Shown: one piece after another, positions 51,786 through 64,000 of the stretch
Layout: every line of letters starts with the position of its first letter
Position numbering within the stretch: position 1 is the first letter of the stretch
Assembly: GCF_009914755.1 (NCBI RefSeq)
Contig: NC_060946.1
Reading direction: 5' to 3' (one strand)
Origin: the human T2T-CHM13v2.0 reference genome, Homo sapiens
DNA: 64,000 bases
Translations under genes and position numbers: made by a program
Notes under the pieces: model-generated
The model's input: the letters and a program-made list of their open reading frames with translations, nothing else
Told to the model about the DNA's origin: nothing
Database searches by the model: none

Positions 51786-53655
51786 TAGACAGACTGACAA
51801 AGATTCTCTACGGTTGTCACTTAACAACATATCCATGCAGGTGTGGATAAACCTGGGTGCGCATCACACTGGGAACAAGCAGCTCCAACAACACTGAGGC
51901 AGCCTCTTCCCAAGTCAGCTGGACAATTAGGCTGCTTTGCTCAGGTCATTCACTGTTCTGAGCAGGACACAGCCAAAGCCCCTCGCCCCCACCTCTGTGC
52001 AAGGATCCAGTGACTGACTTGGGGTTGACCCTCTCTGCAAAGATCAAAGGTCATGCCTGTCTAAGGCCTTGGACGCATGTCCCAGACTGACTTCCAGAAA
52101 AGAGAGCCTGAACTGCCCTGCTGAGTGCCCAAAGAGGCCCCCCTGCATCCACGAAAGGTACCCATGAGGGTGTGGAAGGAGAGGCATCCACAGGAACTGG
52201 GCTCCCACCTGCCCCACCTGACCCCAGCTCTACACTGAGAATAGGGGAGATAGAGGGGCCCCCAGGGCCTCCTCCAAACTCCCCAGAGCATCCACTGTGA
52301 GGTGACCTGAACCAGGCCCCAAGCTCCCTCCTCAGGGAGGCCTCAGACTCCTCCACCTCCGCAGCCTCCACCGTGGCTGCTCTGTGTCTCTCTCTGGCAG
52401 CACCAACCACCCCCACTGCTACTGACACCACCATTGGAGAAGGCTCAGGGCTATGAGTTCAGCCTCTGGCTGCTCTGGAGATCTAGGGAGGCAGGAGGGC
52501 TGCAAGTGGGGGCTGGGAGAGCTATTCCAGGTCAGGGGTCTGTGGGCTGGAGTCTGTGAGGTGTGCACATGTGGGGCTGAGGGATGGCTGGAGAGGCCCT
52601 GTTGGTGGCCACTGTCTCCACCTTCAGAGCCCAGGAAGGAGATTTGGCCCCTCCTGCATCAGATAATCCCTAGCTCCTTAGTTCCCAAGTCTTCAGTCCC
52701 CAGCCTGGCTCTCCTGGGGTGGCTGCCCTTGCTGTGGGAGGCTGGGGGGATCTTCAGCCCAGCACCTCCAGCAGCAGGGCCTGGTGCCCCCAGCTCTGCA
52801 CTGGCCCAGGTCTCAGATCCTGGGCTGTCAGCCCCTCATGGGTCCCAGGTGCCCAGCCCAGCTGCCCCAGGAGGCAGGGGGGTCTGGGGGACACCAAAAG
52901 AGTCTTAGAGAATGGACCTCACCACTCAGCCACACAGAAAAACTGAGGCCCAGAGGGGACAAAGGACTTGTCATGGGTCCAGCTGTGAGCCTGGCTGCCA
53001 GTCTTAAGGCCCAGTGCTCCCCCACAGGATGCTGTCACACACACTTGGCCCTGATGAGGTCCCCTCTTAGCTGGGATCCAGCCCCATGACCAGCACCCCG
53101 AGGCTGCAAAGGGTGCTGGGCTCCAGCACCCCAAGACTCCACATTGACCACTCTGAGCAGAGGAGCCCTTGGGTCTTTGGGGAGGTTAGAGAGCTGGCAC
53201 CCCCACCCCAGTCTACCCGGCCCCGGGGTTCCTCTCTGGATAGGGGGCCCCAGTGCAGTTCACACAGGCCCTGCACGTGTTCCTTCCTCAGGGCATGCGT
53301 GGCTGAAGCTTGCTCAACACTAAACATCCCAGCCCAGTTTATTGAATGTGAGGGATACGCAGGGTCTGAGCAGAGCAGCCATCCCCTCCTGCCTCCCCTC
53401 CTTCCAGCGCTAGAGCCAGAGTGACTCCACTGTCCTGTGCCCACCCCCAGACCAAGGAGCCTCAGGACCACTCTTGGGGCAGGGAGCTCGGGGCTATAGG
53501 AAGATTGCCCCAGAGCAGGATGGCTGAGTGTTCAGGAGTCCAGCCATGTGGTAACCGTGCACTGCAGTGTCACCTGAACAGGGATGTCACCACGTGAAGG
53601 CATCCCAGCTGCATCCTTGGCTGACATATCCTAACTGTGCCTGTACAAGGGGCTC

Positions 53656-53787
53656 CACACACACACACATCCACACACACACAGTCACACTTACACACCC
53701 ATTCATGCTCACACATTTATCCACACACATTCATACTCATTCTCACACACACACACACACGCATTCACACACTCACACCCACACACA
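53656..53787. repeat. Degenerate (CA)n tract
   Basis: Directly visible. Confidence 0.9.
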
Positions 53788-53811
53788 TGCACTGGCCAGA
53801 GCCAGAGTCGA

Positions 53812-53830
53812 TAGCGCCCTCTAGTGGCCA
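53812..53830 (-). promoter_or_regulatory. CTCF-binding motif
   Basis: Minus strand reads TGGCCACTAGAGGGCGCTA, a close match to the CTCF consensus. Confidence 0.8.
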
Positions 53831-56254
53831 CTGTTGTCCCTTCTCTAGAAGGTCTCTGTCTTATCAGTCACAACCCCCAGGAGTCTTCATCCGGAAATCC
53901 CAGGATGCACAAGTCTGGCAAGATCATTATCTCCTTTCACAGAGAGGGATGTGACCTAGCCAAGGTCCCTCATCAGGAAAGTGGTACAGCCCTCCCCTCC
54001 ACCCACCACCAATGGTCCGGGTACTCAGATTCCGAATAACTCCAGCTCCTGAGGCCCTGTCAGAGCCCAGAGGCTGGGCCCTCTCCCAAGGGAGGGGCTG
54101 GAGCAGAGGATCTGGGGGCCCTTGTACACCCACCTGTCACATACACAGGGTGCACGGTCCCCCGGGAGGGAAGAAGACACCTTGGGGGAGAGGAATTTCC
54201 AGGCCAGAGAGTCCCAGAAACGGCTCTCCTCTGTGCCAGGTGGGACGGGGTATAGGAGGGGAGGGCCTGCCTGGGCTTTAGGAAAACACAGAAATGCCAA
54301 GAACATTGACACACAGCAGTAACAAATGCTAGCCTGCTGTCAACTATCACAGGCTTTTACTGAGAGGAAAATACAACTGATCAGGTTAGATTCCCCTCCG
54401 TTTCCCTCCCCCTTTTCCCTGAGAGAAACCCAGTGCTGCTCACTCCACATGCAGCCATTCAACAGCTCTGGATGTGGCTTTATGCCCAGGGGACCCAGTG
54501 GTGGCCTCGGGGGCCAAGCCCTGGAACCAAGTGCCATTGGGTGACATAGGCCTGGAACAAACACCACGTGATGCTGTCATTTGTGATGTGATGAGTTCTT
54601 TACGAAAAAGACAGGGTCAAACGGGAGACTGTGACAACTGCTGGTTTAGCTGGATGGTCAGGAAGGGACACCCCTGAGTCAATGAGGGGACCGGCCAGTT
54701 GTGGAGGTGCCTGGGGAGGAGCGCTCCTGGCGGCAGAAACAGCAAGTGCGAAGGCCTTGGGGTGGGACTCTGCTGACGAATTGCAGAAACAGCAAGGAGG
54801 CCATGTGGCCAGATCCAAGAAGAGAGGAGGGGTGAGGGAGGGAAGGGGTAGAGGGAGCTGGGTTGCAGGCGGGGGTGGGGGTTCCTTGGGGCCTTACAGA
54901 CCATGCTGAGCAGTTTGCATTTGTTCTCAGTTTTCAAATGCACCTGAACAACATCATGTGGAACCTGTCACGCTCCTTCTAACTTGCTACATGTATATCT
55001 CTAGTACTAGGAGATGCAACTAGATAAATAAGACAGAGCTCCATGGTTCAACATACAAATAGACGCTGGTCCCGGCCCATCCCCAGTGGATGGACATCTG
55101 GGCTGTCTGGGTTATTCATTCACAAACACAGGCCAGTGAGCCCCTGCATGTCCCCGTGCATACATCATGCCTCCCAAGGACACACACTCACCCTGTAACT
55201 AGAGGGACACACGTCTATATTTGGGTTTACTATGAACTGAGTTCTCCCCAGAGCAGCCAGACTAATGCACAGCCCAGCAGGGCCACCATCTCATGCCCCA
55301 CAACCACACCCTGCCTTGGAACTGTGGACGATTGGGATGTTCCTATCCCCAGAGAGCACAGACATCTGGCACCAAATGAGAACCAGGTAAAGCCCAAGGG
55401 CGAGGCCCAGCCCGCCGGGCGTCACTCGAAGGTCACCAGACCCTGCCACCCTGATGCCCATTCTGCTCCTGCCTCGTTGACCTTGGCCTCCCTGAGCCTC
55501 AGTTTCCCCATGGTTTTATTCAGAGGTTGCAGTCCTGGTCCCTACTCTTTTGAGTCTGCACAGACTGGGGCCCTTCCCAGCACTGCTAGCATGGGGGCAG
55601 AGACCCTTGGTGGCCGAGGAGGGTGAAGTGGGCCACCGGAGCCGGGATGGGATTGCAGGACAAGAGGGGGCCACCGGGTTGGGTAGTGCGACCCCCGGAA
55701 AGCACAGGGAGCTGTGCCCCTCCACAGGATTCCCGCCCTCAGAGCCCCTCCCCTCTGTGCCCCAGAGCAGAAGCTGAGCCTGGGCTGTGTCCATGGTAGA
55801 GGAAATGCTCCCTCCATTGGGAACAGCGTGGCCGGCTTCTGGGCTTGGGGAAGGAGAGGGAGAATTCTGGGCGGGCGATAGAGGGGCCCAGGTTCCCTCT
55901 GGTCATGACCTTGAAGTTGCCCAGGTGACCAGGAAGGAGGAGGGTGCTCCTCTCTGTCAAGAAGATCTGAGCTTCTCTTCCCTAGAATCAGCTACTCTTC
56001 TATCCCCCTAAAAATGTACAGGAATTTTGCACGTTGAATGAATGGATAGTTTACTAACCAGTTTGGGAAGAATTGACACCTTTCAATCCATGAATATCCT
56101 CTGTCTTTCCCATTAGTATACTTTAATAATTCTCAAGAAAGTTGTACAATTTTCCCCATAAACAGCTTGGACATCTCTGTAGATGAACCCCTAGTTTACT
56201 GATATACATTTGTTGTGAGTTTTTGCAGGGAGCGGGTCGGGGGAGGTGTTTGTT

Positions 56255-56561
<307 letters not shown>

Positions 56562-57223
56562 TGATATTTTTAATGTGATTGTAAATTGTATCCCTCTTTA
56601 ATATTATTTTCCATTCATCTGCTGATGTACAAAAATATATTAAATAATAGGCTTATATATTTGAAATCAGATCTGGTAAATTTGCTACACTTTCTCATAG
56701 TTCTAAAAGTGTATCTGTGCAGTCTGTAGGATTTGCTGCACATTTAAACATGTCATCTGTGAATGGTGACAATTTTGTTGCCATCTTCTCAATTCCTACA
56801 CCTTTCATTTTTTTCTTTCACCTTACTCTCCCTGCTGGTATTCAGTACAATGCGGCATCCTTGTCTTGTCACAAAGGATGTTTATATACAGTTCACTATT
56901 AAACACGATGCCTGCTGTAGGTTCCTTGCAGGAGTCTCTCACCAGATTAAGGAAGTTATTTTACATTTCTCGTATGGTAAGTGGTTTCTGAAAATCATTC
57001 TTCAGATTTTATTCAATGTTTTTTCTGCATCTTTTATTGTGATTTTTTTCTCTTTTAATATTGCAATTTGTCATTCTTCTAATGTCAAACCGATTTTGCA
57101 TCCTTGGAATGCATGGACCAGACTTGTCCATTATGTACTAGCCAGCACTATATGTGGCACTACTGTGATTAAGGCATCGTTTATTCTTCAGAATTGTTTT
57201 ATTCTCTGGAGGATCTTGTGTAA

Positions 57224-57646
<423 letters not shown>

Positions 57647-57831
57647 TGAGTCAAATATATGTGTTTGATTAGATTTTTCTAAGAATACTCTCATTTCATC
57701 TCAAAGTACTGGCATAATGTTGTTAAAATTGACTCTATTACCCATTTTAGGTATTCCACATCTATAAAACAACCCCCCGCCCCCAGCCCTGTTTACACTC
57801 GATATGGGTGATTTGTGCCTTCTTTCTTCTG

Positions 57832-58152
<321 letters not shown>

Positions 58153-58674
58153 AGTCCTTTCTTCTGTTCTTGATAAATTCACCGAATCAGTTTCAATTTC
58201 TGTAATATTGTAAAGGAACTAACTGCCACTTTCTTGCTGCATCATCCCACTGAATATATGATCTACTTCTTTAATACTTGTTCTTCCCTTTCTTATTTCC
58301 TTCAACTTTTCAAGATTATTTTACTGCATTTTTCTGAGATCTATGCATAGCTCATTCTTTTTCAGCTTATTTTCTATAAAATTTCTATACATATTTTAAG
58401 GTAATCAATTTCCCTCTATGTACTACATTAGCTGTATCTCACAAGGTTTTCATGTAATGATTTCATTATTGCTTAGTTCAAAATGTGACCTAATTTCCAA
58501 TTTGAGAATCTCTCTAAATCACTGGGAACATATTTCCTCATTTCCAAGCATATGAGGATGTTCTAGTTATATTTTTGTGACTGATTTCTAGTATTTTGCT
58601 TACAGAACATATGTGGAATGTTTTGGTCCTTTGAAATTTGTTTAGGCTTGTTTTACAGGCCCACGTATGGTCCA

Positions 58675-59031
58675 TGTCTTAGTCCATTTGGGCTGTTATA
58701 ACAAAATCCCATAAAATGGGTGGCTCATAAACAACAGAAATTTATTTTTCATAGTTCTGGAGGCTGAGAAGTCTCAGATCAAGGCACCAGCAGGTTCAGT
58801 GTCTGGTGAGGACCTGTTTCTTAGTTCACAGAGGGTGCCTTCTTGCTGTGTCCTTATAAGATGGAAGGGACCAGGCAGCTCTCTGAGGCTTCTTTTATAA
58901 GGGCACTAATCCCATTCATAAGGCCCCTGGCCTCATGACCTAGTTGCCTCCCAATGGCCCCACTTCCCTAACACCATCACATTAGGTTTCAACATATGAA
59001 TTCTGGGAACACAAGAATTCAGACCACAGTA
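58675..59031 (-). mobile_element. MaLR solo LTR (MLT1A/MST-like)
   Basis: TGTCTTAGTCCATTTGGGCTGTTATAACAAAAT...ATTCAGACCACAGTA; flanks GTCCA / GTCAA resemble a 5-bp TSD. Confidence 0.85.
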
Positions 59032-59032
59032 G

Positions 59033-59367
<335 letters not shown>

Positions 59368-61137
59368 AGTCCTTTTCTGCTTGAAGAGAATATACATCCC
59401 ATAACTCTGGATGCGATGTTCCATAGATAAGTCCATTAGCTCAAGTCGATTAAGTCTTCTAATCTTCTGATATCTTCTTCAAGTTATTTCAGGTAATGCT
59501 TCTTGGCCATAAAGTTTTAAAATTTGATGTCAACATAACTATACCAATCTTCCTTGGAGTGGAAATTTCATGGTATCTTTTTAGCCATTCTCTATCTTAG
59601 CCCACCATTCTGGAAATAGGAGCTCTTCTCTAAAAGGCTTTCTTCATGCATCATTTCTGAAACGTGCCCTTATATTATGCAAGAGTTGTGTCTGTTCTCC
59701 TTGCATTTCCAACAGTTTAGTCACATCTCTGTGATGGGATTTCTTGGCCTTTTCTGCACAGTATCTGAGGCAGGGGCAGCACAGCCGGGCGCCCCTCCCC
59801 CATGCTTCCAGAGCACACATGTAACATCTGTTATAGACCATGTCAGAGAGCCATCCTGCAGGTCCCAGAAACATGACTCAAATGGCCTCAGACAAAGAGG
59901 GAGTTATTGCCTTGCATAACTGGAAATCCAGACGTGGGGCACTCAGAGCCGCCTGAACCCGGATGCCCAGCCCTGTTTCTCTGGGATTCTCTCCACCCTG
60001 TCTTCATCTCCGCATTGGCTGGCTTCCCTCATGGAGGCAAACAGCTCCGGCAGAGCAGGGCCTCACCCCATACATGAAGCCATCCAAAGGAGGAGGAGGT
60101 CGAGACCAGAATCCCAGGAGATGCAGAGAGGCCTATTCCTGATGACCAAGACCAGGGCTGAGGCCTACTGGCCTTCCTCAGGGCAACCAGGGGCAGGGTG
60201 GTGCAGGCCTCGGGCCTAGGACAGGCAGATGATCACCCCCACCCCCATCCTGCCAGGCCAGGGACAATGGAGATTCCTGAGCAAGCACAGCTCAAGAACC
60301 AACCAAAAATTCCAGCAAGAAGAACACACTTGGCAGAACTCTGGGGAGATGCAGCAGGAACCAGGTCCAAGGCCTCTGGTGTAAGGGTCTCCCCACCTGA
60401 GCATGGGGTGAGGAGTCCATGCTGGGGACAGCACAGCATCAGGAAGTTGGGGCTGTGGGCAGACCTGTCCTGGCTCTGTCTGTTTCTTGGTTCACAGAGG
60501 GTGCCTTCTTGCTGTGTCCTTATAAGATGGAAGGGACCAGGCAGCTCTCTGAGGCTTCTTTTATAAGGGCACTAATCCCATTCATAAGGCCCCTGGCCTG
60601 ACAGCCAGGTCCCTGCTCTGTCTCCTGCCTGGAGTCCTGAGGACTTCCCTTGTGTCCACTCTCAGCCTGATTTTCCCACCTCCTTGCCAAGCATGGGCAT
60701 CCCCTCTGCCCCTGCCCTGGCCCTGCTGCAGCTGTTACAGAGGGAGGAGACCAAGGGATTTGGGTCATACCTTGGTCCAATTTCAGGTCCAATCATTTCC
60801 ACCAGGGATATTTGGAAAGATATGTAACACCTTTCGGGGTAATGGCTACTTCAAGTTCATATGTACCATGTTTTGTTGATTTGAGGATTAAATGAACATG
60901 TAGGTGAATGGCCTGTCATGTTACTGGGTACAGGATATGGGCTCAGCACTGGTCACCCCTTCCCTTCCTTTTGGTTCAGAGACAGAGCCTGTCCCCTAGT
61001 CCTTAAGCACTGGGGGCTGACCTCACATACACTGCAGATCACCCAGAGATACACAGGCCAGCATCCACATTAGGCTGAGCCCAGAGGGATGGAGTCACAA
61101 TCACACAGGGGAAAAGGTTGAAGAAAAGGGAGGGTTG

Positions 61138-61440
61138 GGCCAGATGTGGGTGGGGTGGCTCACACCTGTAATCCCACCACTTTGGGAGGATGAGGAGCGA
61201 GAATTACTTGAGGCCAGGAGTTTCAGACCAGCCCTGGCAACAAAGTGAGACCCACTTCTCTATTAAAACAATTTTTTTAAAAAAAAATCAGCCATGCACT
61301 TGTAGTCTCAGCTGCTTGGGAGGCTAAGGCAGGAGGATCAGCTGAACCCAAGAGTTCAAAGCTGCAGTGAGCTATGATCACACCCAATGCACTCCAGCCT
61401 GGGCAAGAGAAAAGAGAGAAAAAAGAAAACAAGAAAGAGA
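61138..61440 (+). mobile_element. Alu (AluJ-like) followed by GA-rich tract to about 61540
   Basis: GGTGGCTCACACCTGTAATCCC...GCACTCCAGCCTGGGC, A-rich tail. Confidence 0.9.
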
Positions 61441-61589
61441 GCGAGAGAGGAAAGGAGGGAGGGAGGGAGGAAGGTAAAGATAGAGAGAAAGATAGAGAGA
61501 GAGAAAGAGAGAGAGAGAGCCAGATAGATTGAGAGAGAGAGTTGGCTTTGGGGCCTGAAGAAGGCAGGATACCCATTACAGGACCCAAT

Positions 61590-63830
61590 CAGAGTTCCTC
61601 CACCAAAGTCACATGATTGAGCCTTTTTAACAACCAGAACTCACGGGACAATCACTATGGCCACAGATGTGCAGCCTGTGAAAGATGAGTGGCTGCAAGT
61701 CACACCACCAGCTATGAACACAAAGCCTGGTGGGCCTTTATGGCTGGAGGCAAGATGTGCCTCAGTGGAGTGGGCCACGTGGACGCATCTCCCAAGTCAC
61801 ACACAAGGTGGCCAGTGCTGAATGGGAACAGACAATGAGAAGTCTCTGCAGCAAGCCTAAGCTCCAGTGCAGGTGTCTCTTCCACTTGGACCTTATAATC
61901 TGGCACATTCAGTGAAATCCAGTATCTGTGGAGAGACTGGGGGTGCCACACGGAGCATCTGGCAAGCAGCAGAAGAATCACCGTGCAGACCTCTAGGACG
62001 TGGGAGCAAGTCTGCACCCTCTTCTGCAGGTGACTCTGCTTCCTCTGAGAAACAGCTTCCGCTCACCACTGGGCCTTGGTGGAAACTAAATGCCTACCCA
62101 CAGGACACCAGGCAAGCACCCAGCCTGAGCTTCCCACCATGACCTGGGTGCCCTGACCCATGCAGCCAAAGCAGCAATCAATCACCAGAGGAAACTGCCT
62201 ATAAGAGCCCAGGCTCAGTCAGGCCCAGAAGGGACAAGCAAGTGTCATGAGCAGGTGGCTCAGATCCCTCAACACCTGCTCCTCAGACTCCATCCAGCCT
62301 AAGGCTTCCTGGGCTGTTCCTCAGGACCAACTGACTGAGGAAGAAAACACATGAGCTTGATTACAGCTGGGTATGCACAATGTGCTGCTGATCCCTGAAG
62401 GTGACCAGCTGCAGCACTACTGCACCACTCGAGCTGCCCTGAATGACACAGGGAAGGTTGGCTTGCCCAGGGGCTGGAGACTGATGGGGGTATTTCGCTG
62501 GCAACTTGGTCTGGATTGAGAGATGGCAAATAACACAGATGATGGTGACTCATGAGGAGTTGCTAGAGGTTTGGCTGGTTGGTCAGGGACTCAGAAGGAT
62601 CAATGATCAGATTTGAAAATTAATGACAAGGAAGGGTGGGAAGAGGCATAGGGATGGGCCCCTCATTATGGACACTATGAGCAGACACCAGCATTGCATA
62701 TGAATGCTGACCACATGGCACATGAACACTCTCTGCAGAAGAGGCCTCGATAATCAGGTGGACAAAATGACACATTCCATAGATGTCAGTCAACCTCATT
62801 CCCCAGCCATCCCAGTATTTGCCCAGTGGGCTTGTGGACAGAGGGGACAGTCATGGTGGCACACGTAGAGGCTGTGCATTACCTCATGAGCATGGCTGCT
62901 ATGGCTTGGATGTGGTTTTTCCCCTCCAAAATGCATGTTGAAATTTAGTCCCCGTTGTGGCAACGTTGGGAGGTGGGACTTCATGGGAGATATTTGGGTC
63001 ATGGGAGCAGATCCATTGTGAATAGATTAATGCCTTTCCTGGGAGTGAGTTATTGGTCTCACAGGAATGGCTTACTTCCCTCGAGAGCAAGTTGTTAAAT
63101 AAGAGAGTCTGGCTTCCTTAGTTTCTCTCTCTTGCTTCCTCTCCCTCCATATGGTCACTTTGCCTGCTCCCCTTCCATCTTCTGCCATCAGCTGAAAAAG
63201 CCTGAGGTCCTGACCAGATGTAGCTGCCCAACCTTGGACCTTCCAGCCACCAGAATCATAAGCCAAATAAATGGCTTTTATTTATAAATTACCCAGCCTT
63301 GGTTATTTTGTTATAATAACACTAAATGGCCTAAGGCAGAAAATCTCCCTCTTCCTAAGGTTGACCTGGCTACCACTGACAAAAGTGGCCAATCTGTCAA
63401 GGGCAGAGACCAACACCAAGACCCTTATATATCATTAATGTCGGGGACCAGCCAGCCTCCTGCTGGCAGATTAATTCCATTGATCTCTTCTACCATGGAA
63501 GGGGCACAAATTCTGGATATGGATTTGCCATCCCTGCTTGTAATGCTTCTTCCAGCATCACCAACCCTGGACTCCTGAGATCCCTGGCCACCATCGTGTC
63601 ATTCCCCACAGTGCTGTGTCTAATCAGGGAACTGATTCCACTGCAAAGGAAATGCAGCATGGAATTAACTGCTCTTACTACATACCCATGCCCAGGCACG
63701 GCCAGACTAAAAGTGGAGTGACTTACTGAAGACTCAGTTGTGGCACGACTTGAGAGATGGCACCCTGAAATATGGAGGTCCTATCTTAAGGGTACAGTCT
63801 ATGCTTTGACTCAAGACCATCAAGTGACAG
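61590..63830 (+). mobile_element. Degraded ERVL-class internal (pol) sequence
   Basis: GCCCAGTGGGC...CATGGTGGC and AAGGTTGACCTGGCTAC...GCAGAGACCAACAC resemble the ERVL integrase N-terminal region as I remember it; no long ORF. Confidence 0.6.
62897..63338 (+). mobile_element. MaLR solo LTR (MST-like), nested in ERVL-like sequence
   Basis: TGCTATGGCTTGGATGT...GCATGTTGAAATT...CCAGAATCATAAGCCAAATAAA...TAAATTACCCAG...CTAAGGCA. Confidence 0.85.
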
Positions 63831-64000
63831 TGTTTTAACGGTGCCTGGGATATTTTTAAATCAGGTATGGTAAGACATGCAGACAAGGAAATGACTGGTA
63901 TAAAGAAAAGATTTGTTATACTCACAGATCTCAAGAAAAGGGAACAAACCACGCCACACAGGGCCACACAGAGAAGCAGCAGCATTGGTCAGGAGGCAGA

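Noticed and set aside
51557-51897. Poly-E/K/R and poly-S ORFs
   Set aside because: Translations of the GAA/GAG microsatellite

Overview
Human (or great-ape) genomic DNA from the 3' end of the immunoglobulin lambda light-chain locus (IGL, 22q11.2), in germline configuration. Bases 1-34,000 hold seven tandem J-C units on the + strand: J1-C1 (also exons 2-3 of IGLL5), J2-C2, J3-C3, defective J4-C4 and J5-C5, intact J6 with frameshifted C6, and J7-C7. Each J is preceded by a 12-bp-spacer recombination signal. The 3' half has no convincing protein-coding gene. It contains a G-rich minisatellite, a motif cluster matching the lambda 3' enhancer (NF-kB, MEF2, PU.1-IRF, E-boxes; about 46.55-46.77 kb), a near-perfect reverse CTCF motif (53.8 kb), and Alu, L1, MIR, MaLR and ERVL-like repeats. 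This is a well-studied locus and I found no wholly new biological system. The most interesting unexplained signals are structural: gene-conversion tracts with sharp edges, lesions shared by J4 and J5, G-quadruplex and hairpin motifs next to the RSSs, a cryptic RSS, and several short local duplications. Repeat family names and boundaries were assigned by eye and are approximate.
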